IMG/VR virus record: IMGVR_UViG_3300049044_000016
Location: 1-43,226 of that record
DNA: 43,226 nucleotides
Direction: 5' to 3' (one strand)
From: a virus
Taxonomy: Duplodnaviria; Caudoviricetes
Below the pieces are notes generated by a model. It did not search any database. It saw only the letters and a list, made by a program, of their open reading frames with translations, and was not told where the DNA came from. The translations under genes were made by a program, and so were the position numbers. This document shows, piece by piece, positions 34,709-43,099 of the stretch (within the stretch, counting starts at the first letter, position 1; every line of letters begins with the position of its first letter).

Positions 34709-35098
34709 TCAGCTCAGCGTAGCGGCGGACGTAGAGGGTTGTAATAGTCTTAAATACTCTCTTCCCTCAGATGTGTGGTCAGCCCACGCATGACACGTCT
34801 TACTGTTCGTACTAGGTCCACATAACAGCAGCAGGTCATCTGCAGTCGTTTCGCTCAGTTTCCATCTACGCGTTATATGAGCCCGTTCTAACCGCATCTT
34901 ATGTCCAGTAGGGTCATAGTTACCTGGTTGCCATCCGCAACGTTCACAGCGGCCTCCTGCACGTTCATCTACCTCTCTAGCTACCTTAGGGGAGATCGCT
35001 CCCCTTTGGCGCTGAGTTTTCTTGTTGCGTGGGAAGTTGGGTTTCGGCACTCCATAGGCTGGTTGATTGGATAGGTCGGTGATTTGCATGAACATCAC
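34709..35098 (-). CDS. HNH-type nuclease
   Basis: RCERCG...LERAHI...LLCG...CHAWADH. Confidence 0.7.
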   Translation of the reverse strand: MMFMQITDLSNQPAYGVPKPNFPRNKKTQRQRGAISPKVAREVDERAGGRCERCGWQPGNYDPTGHKMRLERAHITRRWKLSETTADDLLLLCGPSTNSKTCHAWADHTSEGREYLRLLQPSTSAATLS

Positions 35099-35100
35099 TC

Positions 35101-35952
35101 CTATGCTTGCATTTCGTGATAACTTACAAGACCATACGGGTCTGTAGTAGGCTTTTGAGGCATTTCACCGTGGTCTTTGTAATGTTTAAGAGCGTCGTAC
35201 AGACTCTTCCAGTCTTCTGTTGTCTTGATTTGGTTTTTCAGGTTGCGGATTTCTTTTCCAAACCAATCAGATGCGAATTTTGCGAGGTCATCAAACGACC
35301 AACTCATACTATTCATAACCCCGTATACTTGCTTAGAAGTGATTGGAGTAGCCGTCTGTTGTTGCTTAGTGTTGTTCCCCATAGGTGGCTTTTGCGGCAC
35401 TGGTTCAGGATCAGAATGCGTCTGCTGAGGCTGTGACGAATTATGTGTGTATCCCTCTGGTAAGGCCCATGCAGGAAGGATAGGTGTGTTCCAATATCCT
35501 GTAATGTACTCGTCTTGCCCTTTCTGTTTTACCTTCACGCTTGTCCAGTTTTGACCGGACTGCATAAGTGGAAGCCGTGATTGATCGAGGTTGTAAAGGT
35601 ACCGTCCAATTCCCCATTGCACCGCCGTGCGCTTCATAGCTCCCGATAGACCGCCTTTAATCGCGTCCATGTTGCTGTCATCCGATCCGTCCCATTTGGT
35701 GATCCACTCACCGTCTACCTTGACCGATATTCCGCATATTTGGCTGTTTCCACGCCATTCACGGTATTCGTTTTTCCATCCAAACGGACCGAACACTTCG
35801 TCTAGGCGGTTCATTATGGCGCGATTCGTTACATAAGCTAGCACGAATACGAAGTTACCTTGTGCTGTTTTCTGGCCCCGATCTACACGCCATTCAATCT
35901 CTTCTGGTAGAAATGGAGCCTGCAGACGTTTCATTGCTTCAACTGCATCCAT
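35101..35952 (-). CDS. Rad52/Rad22-family single-strand annealing protein (Sak-like)
   Basis: LQAPF..EEIEWR, YVTNRAIMNRLDEVFG, KGGLSGAMKRTAVQWGIGRYLY. Confidence 0.9.
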   Translation of the reverse strand: MDAVEAMKRLQAPFLPEEIEWRVDRGQKTAQGNFVFVLAYVTNRAIMNRLDEVFGPFGWKNEYREWRGNSQICGISVKVDGEWITKWDGSDDSNMDAIKGGLSGAMKRTAVQWGIGRYLYNLDQSRLPLMQSGQNWTSVKVKQKGQDEYITGYWNTPILPAWALPEGYTHNSSQPQQTHSDPEPVPQKPPMGNNTKQQQTATPITSKQVYGVMNSMSWSFDDLAKFASDWFGKEIRNLKNQIKTTEDWKSLYDALKHYKDHGEMPQKPTTDPYGLVSYHEMQA

Positions 35953-35965
35953 CTCAGTACACCTC

Positions 35966-36451
35966 CTATCTCACTTTCAGGACTGTATCCCGCACTAATT
36001 CGCAGCCTGGTACTTCCTCGCCAGCTTGTAACGCATCTTTGATAGCATTCTTATCTGGAGCGATAGTAAGCGTTGTGCGGACGAATTTATCTGGCACTAA
36101 TGCTTGATCGGTGATCGATACTTTTGCAGGATTCTTGCCAAGCTTAATGGTGAATAGCGATGATTTAACCTCATTAATTCCAGCAAGCATCATGTTCCGT
36201 TCAACATATCCATGAAGCCAATCAGCGTCTTTTCTCAGCTTCTGCATTCTGCCTTGTAGCCGTTTGATTTCTTGATCGATTGCGTCGGCTTCTGCAACCT
36301 TGCTGCGGTATAATTTAATGATGCTCTCTGCTTTATCCGAGAATGATCCTTCCAGACCTTCCAACATGGCCTCTAGACCTTCTGTGCCGTCCTCCATCAT
36401 GTCTGCAACGAACTTGACGGCATCTGTCAGCTCATATAGTTTGAAACTCAT
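35966..36451 (-). CDS. Siphovirus Gp157-family (Gam-like) protein
   Basis: KLYELT..., EIKRLQGR, PDKNAIKDALQAGEEVPGCEL. Confidence 0.9.
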   Translation of the reverse strand: MSFKLYELTDAVKFVADMMEDGTEGLEAMLEGLEGSFSDKAESIIKLYRSKVAEADAIDQEIKRLQGRMQKLRKDADWLHGYVERNMMLAGINEVKSSLFTIKLGKNPAKVSITDQALVPDKFVRTTLTIAPDKNAIKDALQAGEEVPGCELVRDTVLKVR

Positions 36452-36483
36452 ATATTTGAACCTCCCGTTGTGTTAAAATAGAG

Positions 36484-36540
36484 GTAGACCTGTTTAGCCG
36501 CAGGTTCCACCGTAGGGCGGTTAGCCTCCGCCCTTTCTGT
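36484..36540 (+). ncRNA. Putative short antisense RNA in the recombination-operon leader
   Basis: Extended -10 TGTTAAAAT (36471-36479), hairpin ACCTG...CAGGT, terminator AGGGCGG-loop-CCGCCCT-TTCT. Confidence 0.45.
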
Positions 36541-36668
36541 GCTGATTCTTCAATAGGATGATGGCGATTTGCCTTCCATTTGCTAGTCGCCTCATCCGCT
36601 GTGCTAACTCTAAGTAAGTCACCGCTACCACTCCTCGTCATCGTCTACCAATAAATCAAACCAGGCAT

Positions 36669-36845
36669 TCATTCGATCACTTCCAGTTCATCTGGTCTGT
36701 ACCACTGCATTATGTTCATTACTCTGCCCGTCATTGCGCTGCGTATCTGATGATTGATTCCGAAGTTTTCGCCGTCCTCTTTCGCAATCAGGTAGATATG
36801 ACTTCCAATTTCATTACGGTATCGAACACGATCTCCAATTTTCAC
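36669..36845 (-). CDS. Hypothetical protein, 58 aa (MKIGDRVRYRNEIG...YRPDELEVIE)
   Basis: GTGA overlap; KOW/SH3-like pattern. Confidence 0.6.
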   Translation of the reverse strand: MKIGDRVRYRNEIGSHIYLIAKEDGENFGINHQIRSAMTGRVMNIMQWYRPDELEVIE

Positions 36846-37105
36846 GCTCGTTCCACCTTTCTAAATCCACGTTTGGTCATGATATTCACGTACTGCTCTG
36901 CCGATCTGAACCCCAGTTCATCCAACCGATGATTCCATGATTTTGGTATCTTCTTGCTTGTCCCGTAGAAGCTGACTGAGCGAACCGTTACACCATCAAT
37001 AGAGTTGATAATGTGTCTGTCTCGCTCAGCCTCGTATTTTGTTAGCACGATCATATGACCTTCACCGGAACCATTTCTGTGCAGTCGATAGCCGATCTGA
37101 AACAA
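36842..37105 (-). CDS. Hypothetical protein (start likely MIVLTK)
   Basis: ORF track. Confidence 0.55.
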   Translation of the reverse strand: MFQIGYRLHRNGSGEGHMIVLTKYEAERDRHIINSIDGVTVRSVSFYGTSKKIPKSWNHRLDELGFRSAEQYVNIMTKRGFRKVERA

Positions 37106-37242
37106 TCTTCACAGTGTGGCTGGCGATTCTCGTACACGTAGTACCGAGCTGGGCGCCCGCAGCCGCATTCGTGCCGTACAGGATTGCGATAATGGACATT
37201 TGGCTCATAGTCCCAACCTTTAGTCGAAAGGCGTGTATTCAT
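37051..37242 (-). CDS. Small zinc-binding protein
   Basis: CGCG...HCEDC; RBS GAGGAGG. Confidence 0.65.
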   Translation of the reverse strand: MNTRLSTKGWDYEPNVHYRNPVRHECGCGRPARYYVYENRQPHCEDCFRSAIDCTEMVPVKVI

Positions 37243-37430
37243 TGCGTTTTTTCCTCCTCAATGAGAATTTTGATAATGTGCGGGAGCTCCCGCGTTACGA
37301 ATAAATGAGTGCGTTTCATTCGCTTATAAAGTGGCAATCGGTCGTAATCTGATCTGAATTGTTGTAGTGCGAATATGGCGAATTTCATCTGTGTTATGCC
37401 TAGCTGCGCCATGATATGGCGTACATTCAC
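37239..37430 (-). CDS. Hypothetical protein (63 aa)
   Basis: RBS AGGGGAG; ATGA overlap. Confidence 0.55.
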   Translation of the reverse strand: MNVRHIMAQLGITQMKFAIFALQQFRSDYDRLPLYKRMKRTHLFVTRELPHIIKILIEEEKTQ

Positions 37431-37633
37431 TAGGCCGACGCTCCCCTCTTACTCTTCTTGGAGCTGATCTCTCGGTGCATTTTTTCAAGCAGTTCCCTTG
37501 GCAATTTAGCAATATCGAACTGTGCTGGTTTCATGCGGTTACGCCCTCCTCTTCTGCTTCTGCAATGCTGGAACCAGATGCTTGTTAATGGCTTCTGCGA
37601 TACGTTTTGCGCTGGGTTGCGGTAGGTTCATGG

Positions 37634-37966
37634 TTATATCAGACCTTTCTCTCGCAATTTGTTAAGAATGCGCATTTCATATATAAAGTAGTCCCACTCA
37701 AGACCTCGACTCTGCAAGAATCCATCCAATATTCTATTTTCTCGTTTCTTTTGCTTTTGTATTTCTATGACCATCTCTCCGTATTTGCGGGCATCTGATC
37801 CAAAATCTAATGCTTCCATTTGAGTGGACACTAATCCAACTTGAAGTGTGTCTATCAACTCTGCATCAGGGATTTTTTTACCGTTCTTTGATGCTTCTTT
37901 CCACTCTTTCAATCTGTAATGAAATATTGTATCCAATACATCTTTGTGCATTAATGGAACCTCCAT
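37634..37966 (-). CDS. Hypothetical protein
   Basis: ORF track; follows the antirepressor. Confidence 0.65.
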   Translation of the reverse strand: MEVPLMHKDVLDTIFHYRLKEWKEASKNGKKIPDAELIDTLQVGLVSTQMEALDFGSDARKYGEMVIEIQKQKKRENRILDGFLQSRGLEWDYFIYEMRILNKLREKGLI

Positions 37967-38715
37967 TACGATATTTTCCCGTTATCAACGAGCATCTTGT
38001 GGATATATGACATTCCTTTTGGCGTTACAAGCGTTTGTGTTTTGTTTTCTATTCCACTTGTTAAATGAGTGATACTGTACTGACGAACATCGAAATATCC
38101 TCGCTTGCGATATTCTTCATATGGGAGATTATTGTCTCGTAGAATTTTCTTTTCGCGTAAGAACTCGAATAGTTTGTTGCGACCGTATCCAATCGTTTTC
38201 GCTACACGTTCCATCGTGAAGTTGTTCTTTGCACTCATTGCCGTGTCATACAATGCTACTTTCGGTGCTTGTAATGCTATCACTTCATCTTTTTCCTTCA
38301 ATTCTTCTTTAGCCGCAATGAGTTCTTGTTTTTCTACAATCCACCGCTGCGCCCGTTTAACTGGATCATCGATCATGTAGCTATCCGGCTCTGCTTGGAT
38401 TTGTTTCAGCCGTTTCTCACATTCAATGAAGTATCGACGAGCCATTCTTCCTTTTTCGTTGTTCTCGACCATGCATAGCTCTTTCGCCATATCGATTGAT
38501 AGATCATAATCAATTCGCGGTCGACCTCCGTCCGAGGTTTTCCCCGTTTTCGGGGAAAAGTCTTCACCCTCGATAAATCCGAACTTTTCAACCTTATCTT
38601 TGAACCATGTCGGAAAGTCCCGACCGATTTCCAGAAACTCATGCAGTTCGCGACCGTTTACAGTCATTCCATTTTCTGAATGGTTTACTTTGATAAGTTG
38701 CATTTCCATTGCCAC
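37966..38715 (-). CDS. Antirepressor (AntA/AntB plus KilA-C domains)
   Basis: VNGRELHEFL, LSIDMAKELCMVENNEKG, GRNKLFEFLREKKIL, TLVTPKG. Confidence 0.9.
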   Translation of the reverse strand: MAMEMQLIKVNHSENGMTVNGRELHEFLEIGRDFPTWFKDKVEKFGFIEGEDFSPKTGKTSDGGRPRIDYDLSIDMAKELCMVENNEKGRMARRYFIECEKRLKQIQAEPDSYMIDDPVKRAQRWIVEKQELIAAKEELKEKDEVIALQAPKVALYDTAMSAKNNFTMERVAKTIGYGRNKLFEFLREKKILRDNNLPYEEYRKRGYFDVRQYSITHLTSGIENKTQTLVTPKGMSYIHKMLVDNGKIS

Positions 38716-38742
38716 CTTTCTAATGTTTGGTTAGAATTAACC

Positions 38743-38979
38743 TTATGCACCTTTAACGCTCATTTTTCGAGCGTTGCGACCAAAAAAAATTTCTTCCATG
38801 CTCTTATTCGCAGTCTTAGCAATTCGGTATGCAACAGGCAGTGAAGGAGAAACCGCTCCTCTTTCTACATTGGAGTACATTGGACGCGATAGCTTTGCTC
38901 GTTTTGCAAACTCTTCCTGAGTAAGACCGAGGTCTTTTCTGGCTTTAATCAAGGCTTTAAGCGGCTTCAACTCGTTCAT
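38743..38979 (-). CDS. Cro-like HTH regulator (start MNELKP)
   Basis: LTQEEFAKRAKLSRPMYSNVERG; RBS GGGAGGTG; divergent from the repressor. Confidence 0.85.
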   Translation of the reverse strand: MNELKPLKALIKARKDLGLTQEEFAKRAKLSRPMYSNVERGAVSPSLPVAYRIAKTANKSMEEIFFGRNARKMSVKGA

Positions 38980-38996
38980 GTTTAGCACCTCCCTTA

Positions 38997-39091
38997 CGCT
39001 CATTTCGTGAACGTTGTAGCCTTAGTATACGCTCGTAAAATAAGCATGTCAACACTTTTTGCTCGATTTATGAACGTTTATTTTATGAACA
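38997..39091. promoter_or_regulatory. Lysis/lysogeny switch: minus-strand promoter TTGACA-17-TATACT (39052-39024) and four 17-bp operators
   Basis: CGCTCATTTCGTGAACG, CGCTCGTAAAATAAGCA, TGCTCGATTTATGAACG, CGTTTATTTTATGAACA; fifth copy at 38757-38773. Confidence 0.8.
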
Positions 39092-39125
39092 TTATATATT
39101 AGAATCTAAAGGAGGAAATTAAGGG

Positions 39126-39464
39126 GTGGTGAATATGGCATTTAAGGATCGTCTCAAACAATTAAGACACGAACGAGGAATTACCCAAGACATGCTTGCT
39201 GATGCAATAGATGTACCTCCATCAACCATCAGAAGGTATGAATCTTCATTAGGTATGCCCAAGCATGAACGACTCCAGGCGATTGCTAATTACTTCGGTT
39301 GTACAGTGGATTATTTATTGGAAAGGGAAGATCACGTTAAAGAAACGGGAGGAGTGTATGATTTGACGTCCAGAGATATAAGATTAATTGAGGAATTTAA
39401 GAAGCTGTCAGAAGCAGAACAAGAAAATGTCCTTTGGTTTTTAGAGAAAATAAAAAAAGAGTAG
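39126..39464 (+). CDS. CI-like immunity repressor (XRE HTH plus short C-terminal helical domain, no S24 peptidase)
   Basis: RLKQLRHERGITQDMLADAIDV...IANYFGCTVDYLL. Confidence 0.9.
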   Translation: MVNMAFKDRLKQLRHERGITQDMLADAIDVPPSTIRRYESSLGMPKHERLQAIANYFGCTVDYLLEREDHVKETGGVYDLTSRDIRLIEEFKKLSEAEQENVLWFLEKIKKE

Positions 39465-39578
39465 CTACTTCCTACTCGTTTTCTTATCAATGCTGGCTAT
39501 GTATATTTCCAGTTTATCCTTTTGAGCATCCGTTAAAGCTTTAATAGCTTCACTAAACTTGCTTACGTTCTCAGTCAC
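39465..39578 (-). CDS. 37-aa peptide resembling the repressor C-terminus; putative SOS-induced antirepressor
   Basis: RBS GAGGAGTGA, GTG start; MTENVSKFSEAIKALTDAQKDKLEIYIASIDKKTSRK; stop codon abuts the repressor stop. Confidence 0.7.
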   Translation of the reverse strand: MTENVSKFSEAIKALTDAQKDKLEIYIASIDKKTSRK

Positions 39579-39641
39579 CAGCGGATCACTCCTCAGAGGT
39601 AGTAACAGCAGCCGCGTTGTTCGTATAATCTATGATATATG

Positions 39642-39655
39642 AGAACACATGTTCG
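39642..39655. promoter_or_regulatory. LexA (SOS/Cheo) box AGAACACATGTTCG
   Basis: Matches the Bacillus GAAC-N4-GTTC consensus; lies between TTGCAT and TATCAT on the minus strand and downstream of a plus-strand TATAAT (39624). Confidence 0.85.
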
Positions 39656-39688
39656 ATGCAAGGTAAAAATTAGCAAGGTGGACAGGCA

Positions 39689-39907
39689 ATGGACATAAAA
39701 CCCGTCCGCTGCCGTATCCCAGAGATACTACACAATCAACGTAAGACACAGGTCTGGCTTGCCGATCAATTGGACATCTCACCTCAGCATCTAAACGACA
39801 TCATCCGCATGCGCTCTGTCACAGGAATTGGCATGGCAGCGAGAATAGCGCACGTCCTAAAGGTCAAGATAGACGACTTGTTTGACTGGGAATGGCACGG
39901 AGAGTAA
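39689..39907 (+). CDS. XRE-family HTH regulator
   Basis: TQVWLADQLDISPQHLNDII...ARIAHVLKVKIDDLFDW. Confidence 0.85.
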   Translation: MDIKPVRCRIPEILHNQRKTQVWLADQLDISPQHLNDIIRMRSVTGIGMAARIAHVLKVKIDDLFDWEWHGE

Positions 39908-40091
39908 GCGTCATAACGCTGCTCTACGGGTGAATACGTAGATTCACGTACATATTAGACAAAAAGAGCGAAAACCTTTCGGAGTTCGCCACCAAAATAC
40001 ATTTGCCACCATTGTAATCGTTGCCAATATAAAGATCAAGAGGAAGATTCCGATAATATCAAAGAAAGATACAAAATAGGTATAATGGAGG

Positions 40092-40841
40092 ATGAATGTA
40101 ATGAAGAAGAAAGTATTATTGGCGACAGTAGCTTTATTTGTTTTAATCGCAGGAGTCGTAAGCGCAGCTAGTATCTGGGGAACGTACAAGGGAAATGATA
40201 TTATTCGCTTGACGGTACATGGCGATCCAGTCAAGGTATCTGACGTACCAGTTATAAGCTATAATAACCGAACAATGATTCCTATCTACCTTCTGAAGCA
40301 GGCAGGCATAAATTATACTTGGGATCAGAAGAATAAAACAGTCGATATCACCAATAGCGATTTTGGTTACTCAGTATGGGCGTATTGCGCCGCATATTTT
40401 CAATATATATCGAATGCAATAGTTGATTTTACTTTTGCAACTGATCAAGCAAATACTGCAGCACTAGCCATAAATGATGGCATTGCTTCGAATGACCAGC
40501 AAGTTAAGTTTGTCGGAATAGTCCTCAACAAAATTTCAATTGCAGACCACAGTTATGATATTATTTTCGACACGTATTCAAAACAAATCCATGACTATTA
40601 TCTACAAATGAAAATGGACACTAGCGATCTATTTTCAATTGAGATTGGATATAACACTGCATTAAAATATCTAACATCAGCTTACAGTAATTTGGATAGC
40701 TACCAAAAGACTAAACAACAAAGATACTTTGATAATTTTTATTCAGACCTCAATAATGCTAATGATACGATTGTAAAAGTCAGACAAACTACCAACGACG
40801 AATTTGATCTATTTCAAAATGCTATAATTAATTCCCAATAG
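40092..40841 (+). CDS. Secreted stalk-domain (copper amine oxidase N-terminal-like) protein, AT-rich
   Basis: Signal peptide; DVPVISYNNRTMIPI...WDQKNKTVDI motif. Confidence 0.75.
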   Translation: MNVMKKKVLLATVALFVLIAGVVSAASIWGTYKGNDIIRLTVHGDPVKVSDVPVISYNNRTMIPIYLLKQAGINYTWDQKNKTVDITNSDFGYSVWAYCAAYFQYISNAIVDFTFATDQANTAALAINDGIASNDQQVKFVGIVLNKISIADHSYDIIFDTYSKQIHDYYLQMKMDTSDLFSIEIGYNTALKYLTSAYSNLDSYQKTKQQRYFDNFYSDLNNANDTIVKVRQTTNDEFDLFQNAIINSQ

Positions 40842-40862
40842 GCCCCCACACGGGGCTTTTTT
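40841..40862 (+). terminator. Intrinsic terminator between the secreted-protein gene and the integrase
   Basis: GGCCCC-CACAC-GGGGCT-TTTTT. Confidence 0.65.
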
Positions 40863-40877
40863 AACAGGAGGGATAAC

Positions 40878-42296
40878 ATGAAAGCGGCTCTATACATCCG
40901 TGTATCTACAGATAAACAGGCTGAGGAAGGTTTCTCTATGGAAGCCCAGCACGACATATTGATGCAGCTTGTCGAGCGTAAAGGGTTGCAATTATATAAG
41001 GTTTATTCCGATCCTGGCGTGTCTGGTGGATCGTTCAAGCGTCCAGGTATACAACTATTATTAAAGGATATGAAGGATAAGAAATTCGATACGGTAATTG
41101 TCCACAAGTTAGATAGGTTATCCAGAAACCAAGGCGACTTATACGGATTTATCAACCTTATCAACAAGCTTGACGTGAGGTTTATTATCGCCGCACAAGG
41201 CGACCAAGAGATCGACACAAAGGGCCCGATGGGTAAAGCATTCCTCCTTTTCTCCGGTATTTGGGCTGAGGTATATTTGGACAACCTTCGAGAAGAGACG
41301 CTAAAGGGACTAACGAAGAAGATAGAAAAAGGCGGTCGACATATGTCTCGCCCTCCGCTCGGATATACATATGACAGCAACCATGAGCTTGTCATACTAG
41401 AGAGCGAGGCTAAACTTGTACGTGAAGTATTTCAGATGTATCTGAGCGGTGTCGGTCGAAACAAAATAGCTGCACATATGAACACGTTCAGCCGCATGAA
41501 GGAAGGTGGTAAATGGGATGCTAAGGGAATTAAAACGATTGTCAGCAATCCAACCTATGCCGGTTACAACCACTTTAAGCCTAGCCATTGGGCAGACGAT
41601 AAGCGAATAATCAAGAATGGCGACCACGAAGCAATCATAAGCGAAGAAGATTTCAGAGCTGCTAGAAAGATACGTGAACGCCGTAATCGTGGGGAGATGA
41701 GCAATAATAGCTATGAATACGCTTATGGCGGGATACTGAAATGCGGACGTTGCGGAGCTAATTTTAACGGTAACAGCCGGAAGCATAAATTGGTTGGCGA
41801 AGAAAAAGTATATAAGGGATACCGATGCCACAACCAATATATATTCAAAACATGTAATCAACCGTCAATCGCAGAAAGTATTGTTAACCAATTAGTATTC
41901 GATCATGTCATCATTACAGGAACGACTGTTGCCGAGAAGAAGCAGAAGAAAAAAGATGTCATCGACGCACAGAAGGAAATTGAGGTATCGAACCGGCGTA
42001 AAAAGAATTGGATGATTGCACTCGGTGACGGAAACCTATCCTCTTCCGATTATGCCGACCTGATCGATGAAGAAGAAAAACGGATAAACGATATTCTAGC
42101 CAAGGTGAAGCACGAAGAAACATATGAACCAGAAATTCCACCTGAGGAACTTATCCACATGATTATCAACTTAAAAGAACATTGGGGTTTGTTGGAGGAA
42201 GACACTCAGAAGCAATTGATTCAATCGATGTTTAGAAAAATTGTTATCGATAAAAAAGAAAACGGCTGGCAGCTCATAGAGCTACTAACCGTCTAG
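40878..42296 (+). CDS. int: Large serine recombinase (integrase)
   Basis: YIRVST, DPGVSG, KLDRLSR; recombinase domain (PLGY, NPTYAG, HEAIIS); zinc ribbon CGRCG...YRC; coiled coil. Confidence 0.95.
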   Translation: MKAALYIRVSTDKQAEEGFSMEAQHDILMQLVERKGLQLYKVYSDPGVSGGSFKRPGIQLLLKDMKDKKFDTVIVHKLDRLSRNQGDLYGFINLINKLDVRFIIAAQGDQEIDTKGPMGKAFLLFSGIWAEVYLDNLREETLKGLTKKIEKGGRHMSRPPLGYTYDSNHELVILESEAKLVREVFQMYLSGVGRNKIAAHMNTFSRMKEGGKWDAKGIKTIVSNPTYAGYNHFKPSHWADDKRIIKNGDHEAIISEEDFRAARKIRERRNRGEMSNNSYEYAYGGILKCGRCGANFNGNSRKHKLVGEEKVYKGYRCHNQYIFKTCNQPSIAESIVNQLVFDHVIITGTTVAEKKQKKKDVIDAQKEIEVSNRRKKNWMIALGDGNLSSSDYADLIDEEEKRINDILAKVKHEETYEPEIPPEELIHMIINLKEHWGLLEEDTQKQLIQSMFRKIVIDKKENGWQLIELLTV

Positions 42297-42380
42297 ACGA
42301 GGTTCCCTCGACCTTCAAGGCATAACAAGCTCCCTCTATACAGAACTTGTGTATTTCCTTGGAGGCGAGGGGGCTCGTCT
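42295..42380 (+). other. Long imperfect inverted repeat after the integrase; attP candidate and/or RNA hairpin
   Basis: AGACGAG..CCCTCG..CCTTCAAGG pairs with CCTTGGAGG..CGAGGG..CTCGTCT; only intergenic space between int and endolysin. Confidence 0.6.
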
Positions 42381-42400
42381 CCTTCTATATACTGAAATTA

Positions 42401-43099
42401 TTACTTCAAGAACCCCAACCGCCGCATTTCTGGTTCCAAGGTTAGCAATCGATTCTGTGCCCACACCTTCTGCTGCTCGTTGACTTCCTTCCCGAACGAA
42501 TCTTTACCCTTCGACAAGTTGTAAAGGTACAGCAATTCGTTGGCGATCCGGTACGCTAGTTCCTCACGCTTCTGTGGCGATTGTGCATGCGCTGCTTCCT
42601 GTTCAATCTTATGTACGAATTCAAGGATGGCAGGCACGCTTGTACAAGGGCATGCCGTAGCTACAAGGGCATTGTGCGGTTTGACTGACTTAATTGTAGG
42701 AACAAGACTCTTGACCGTTATAATCGATACTGCAAGTAGTTCACGTTCACGATCCGTAATCGAACGTTGCGACAAGTCGGCATTAACGCAAATACCTATG
42801 GTATGGTCGTTGTGGCCTTTCGTATGGTACGATTCCGCACGTAAATCATTCGTTTGATATATGCGATCGTTGTCGACCATTAAATGATAGCCGATTCCAG
42901 CCCAATCATGAGTATCCACATGATATCTAGCTTGATTAACAAGCGGTGCCGTGCTTTTAGTGTGATGGATAACGATTGTATCCTTTTTCTCAATTTCGAG
43001 CAATTTATATACTTTCGTCGGATGATGCGGCAGGCTGTCTGTAATGTCCTCAATCTGATTATAATTAGACAGCATCGCTGGTATCTGAATATTTCGCAT
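42401..43099 (-). CDS. Endolysin, N-acetylmuramoyl-L-alanine amidase (Amidase_2/PGRP-like)
   Basis: IVIHHT, WAGIGYH, HTKGHN, KPH, ACP motifs; RBS GGAGGTGA. Confidence 0.9.
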   Translation of the reverse strand: MRNIQIPAMLSNYNQIEDITDSLPHHPTKVYKLLEIEKKDTIVIHHTKSTAPLVNQARYHVDTHDWAGIGYHLMVDNDRIYQTNDLRAESYHTKGHNDHTIGICVNADLSQRSITDRERELLAVSIITVKSLVPTIKSVKPHNALVATACPCTSVPAILEFVHKIEQEAAHAQSPQKREELAYRIANELLYLYNLSKGKDSFGKEVNEQQKVWAQNRLLTLEPEMRRLGFLK

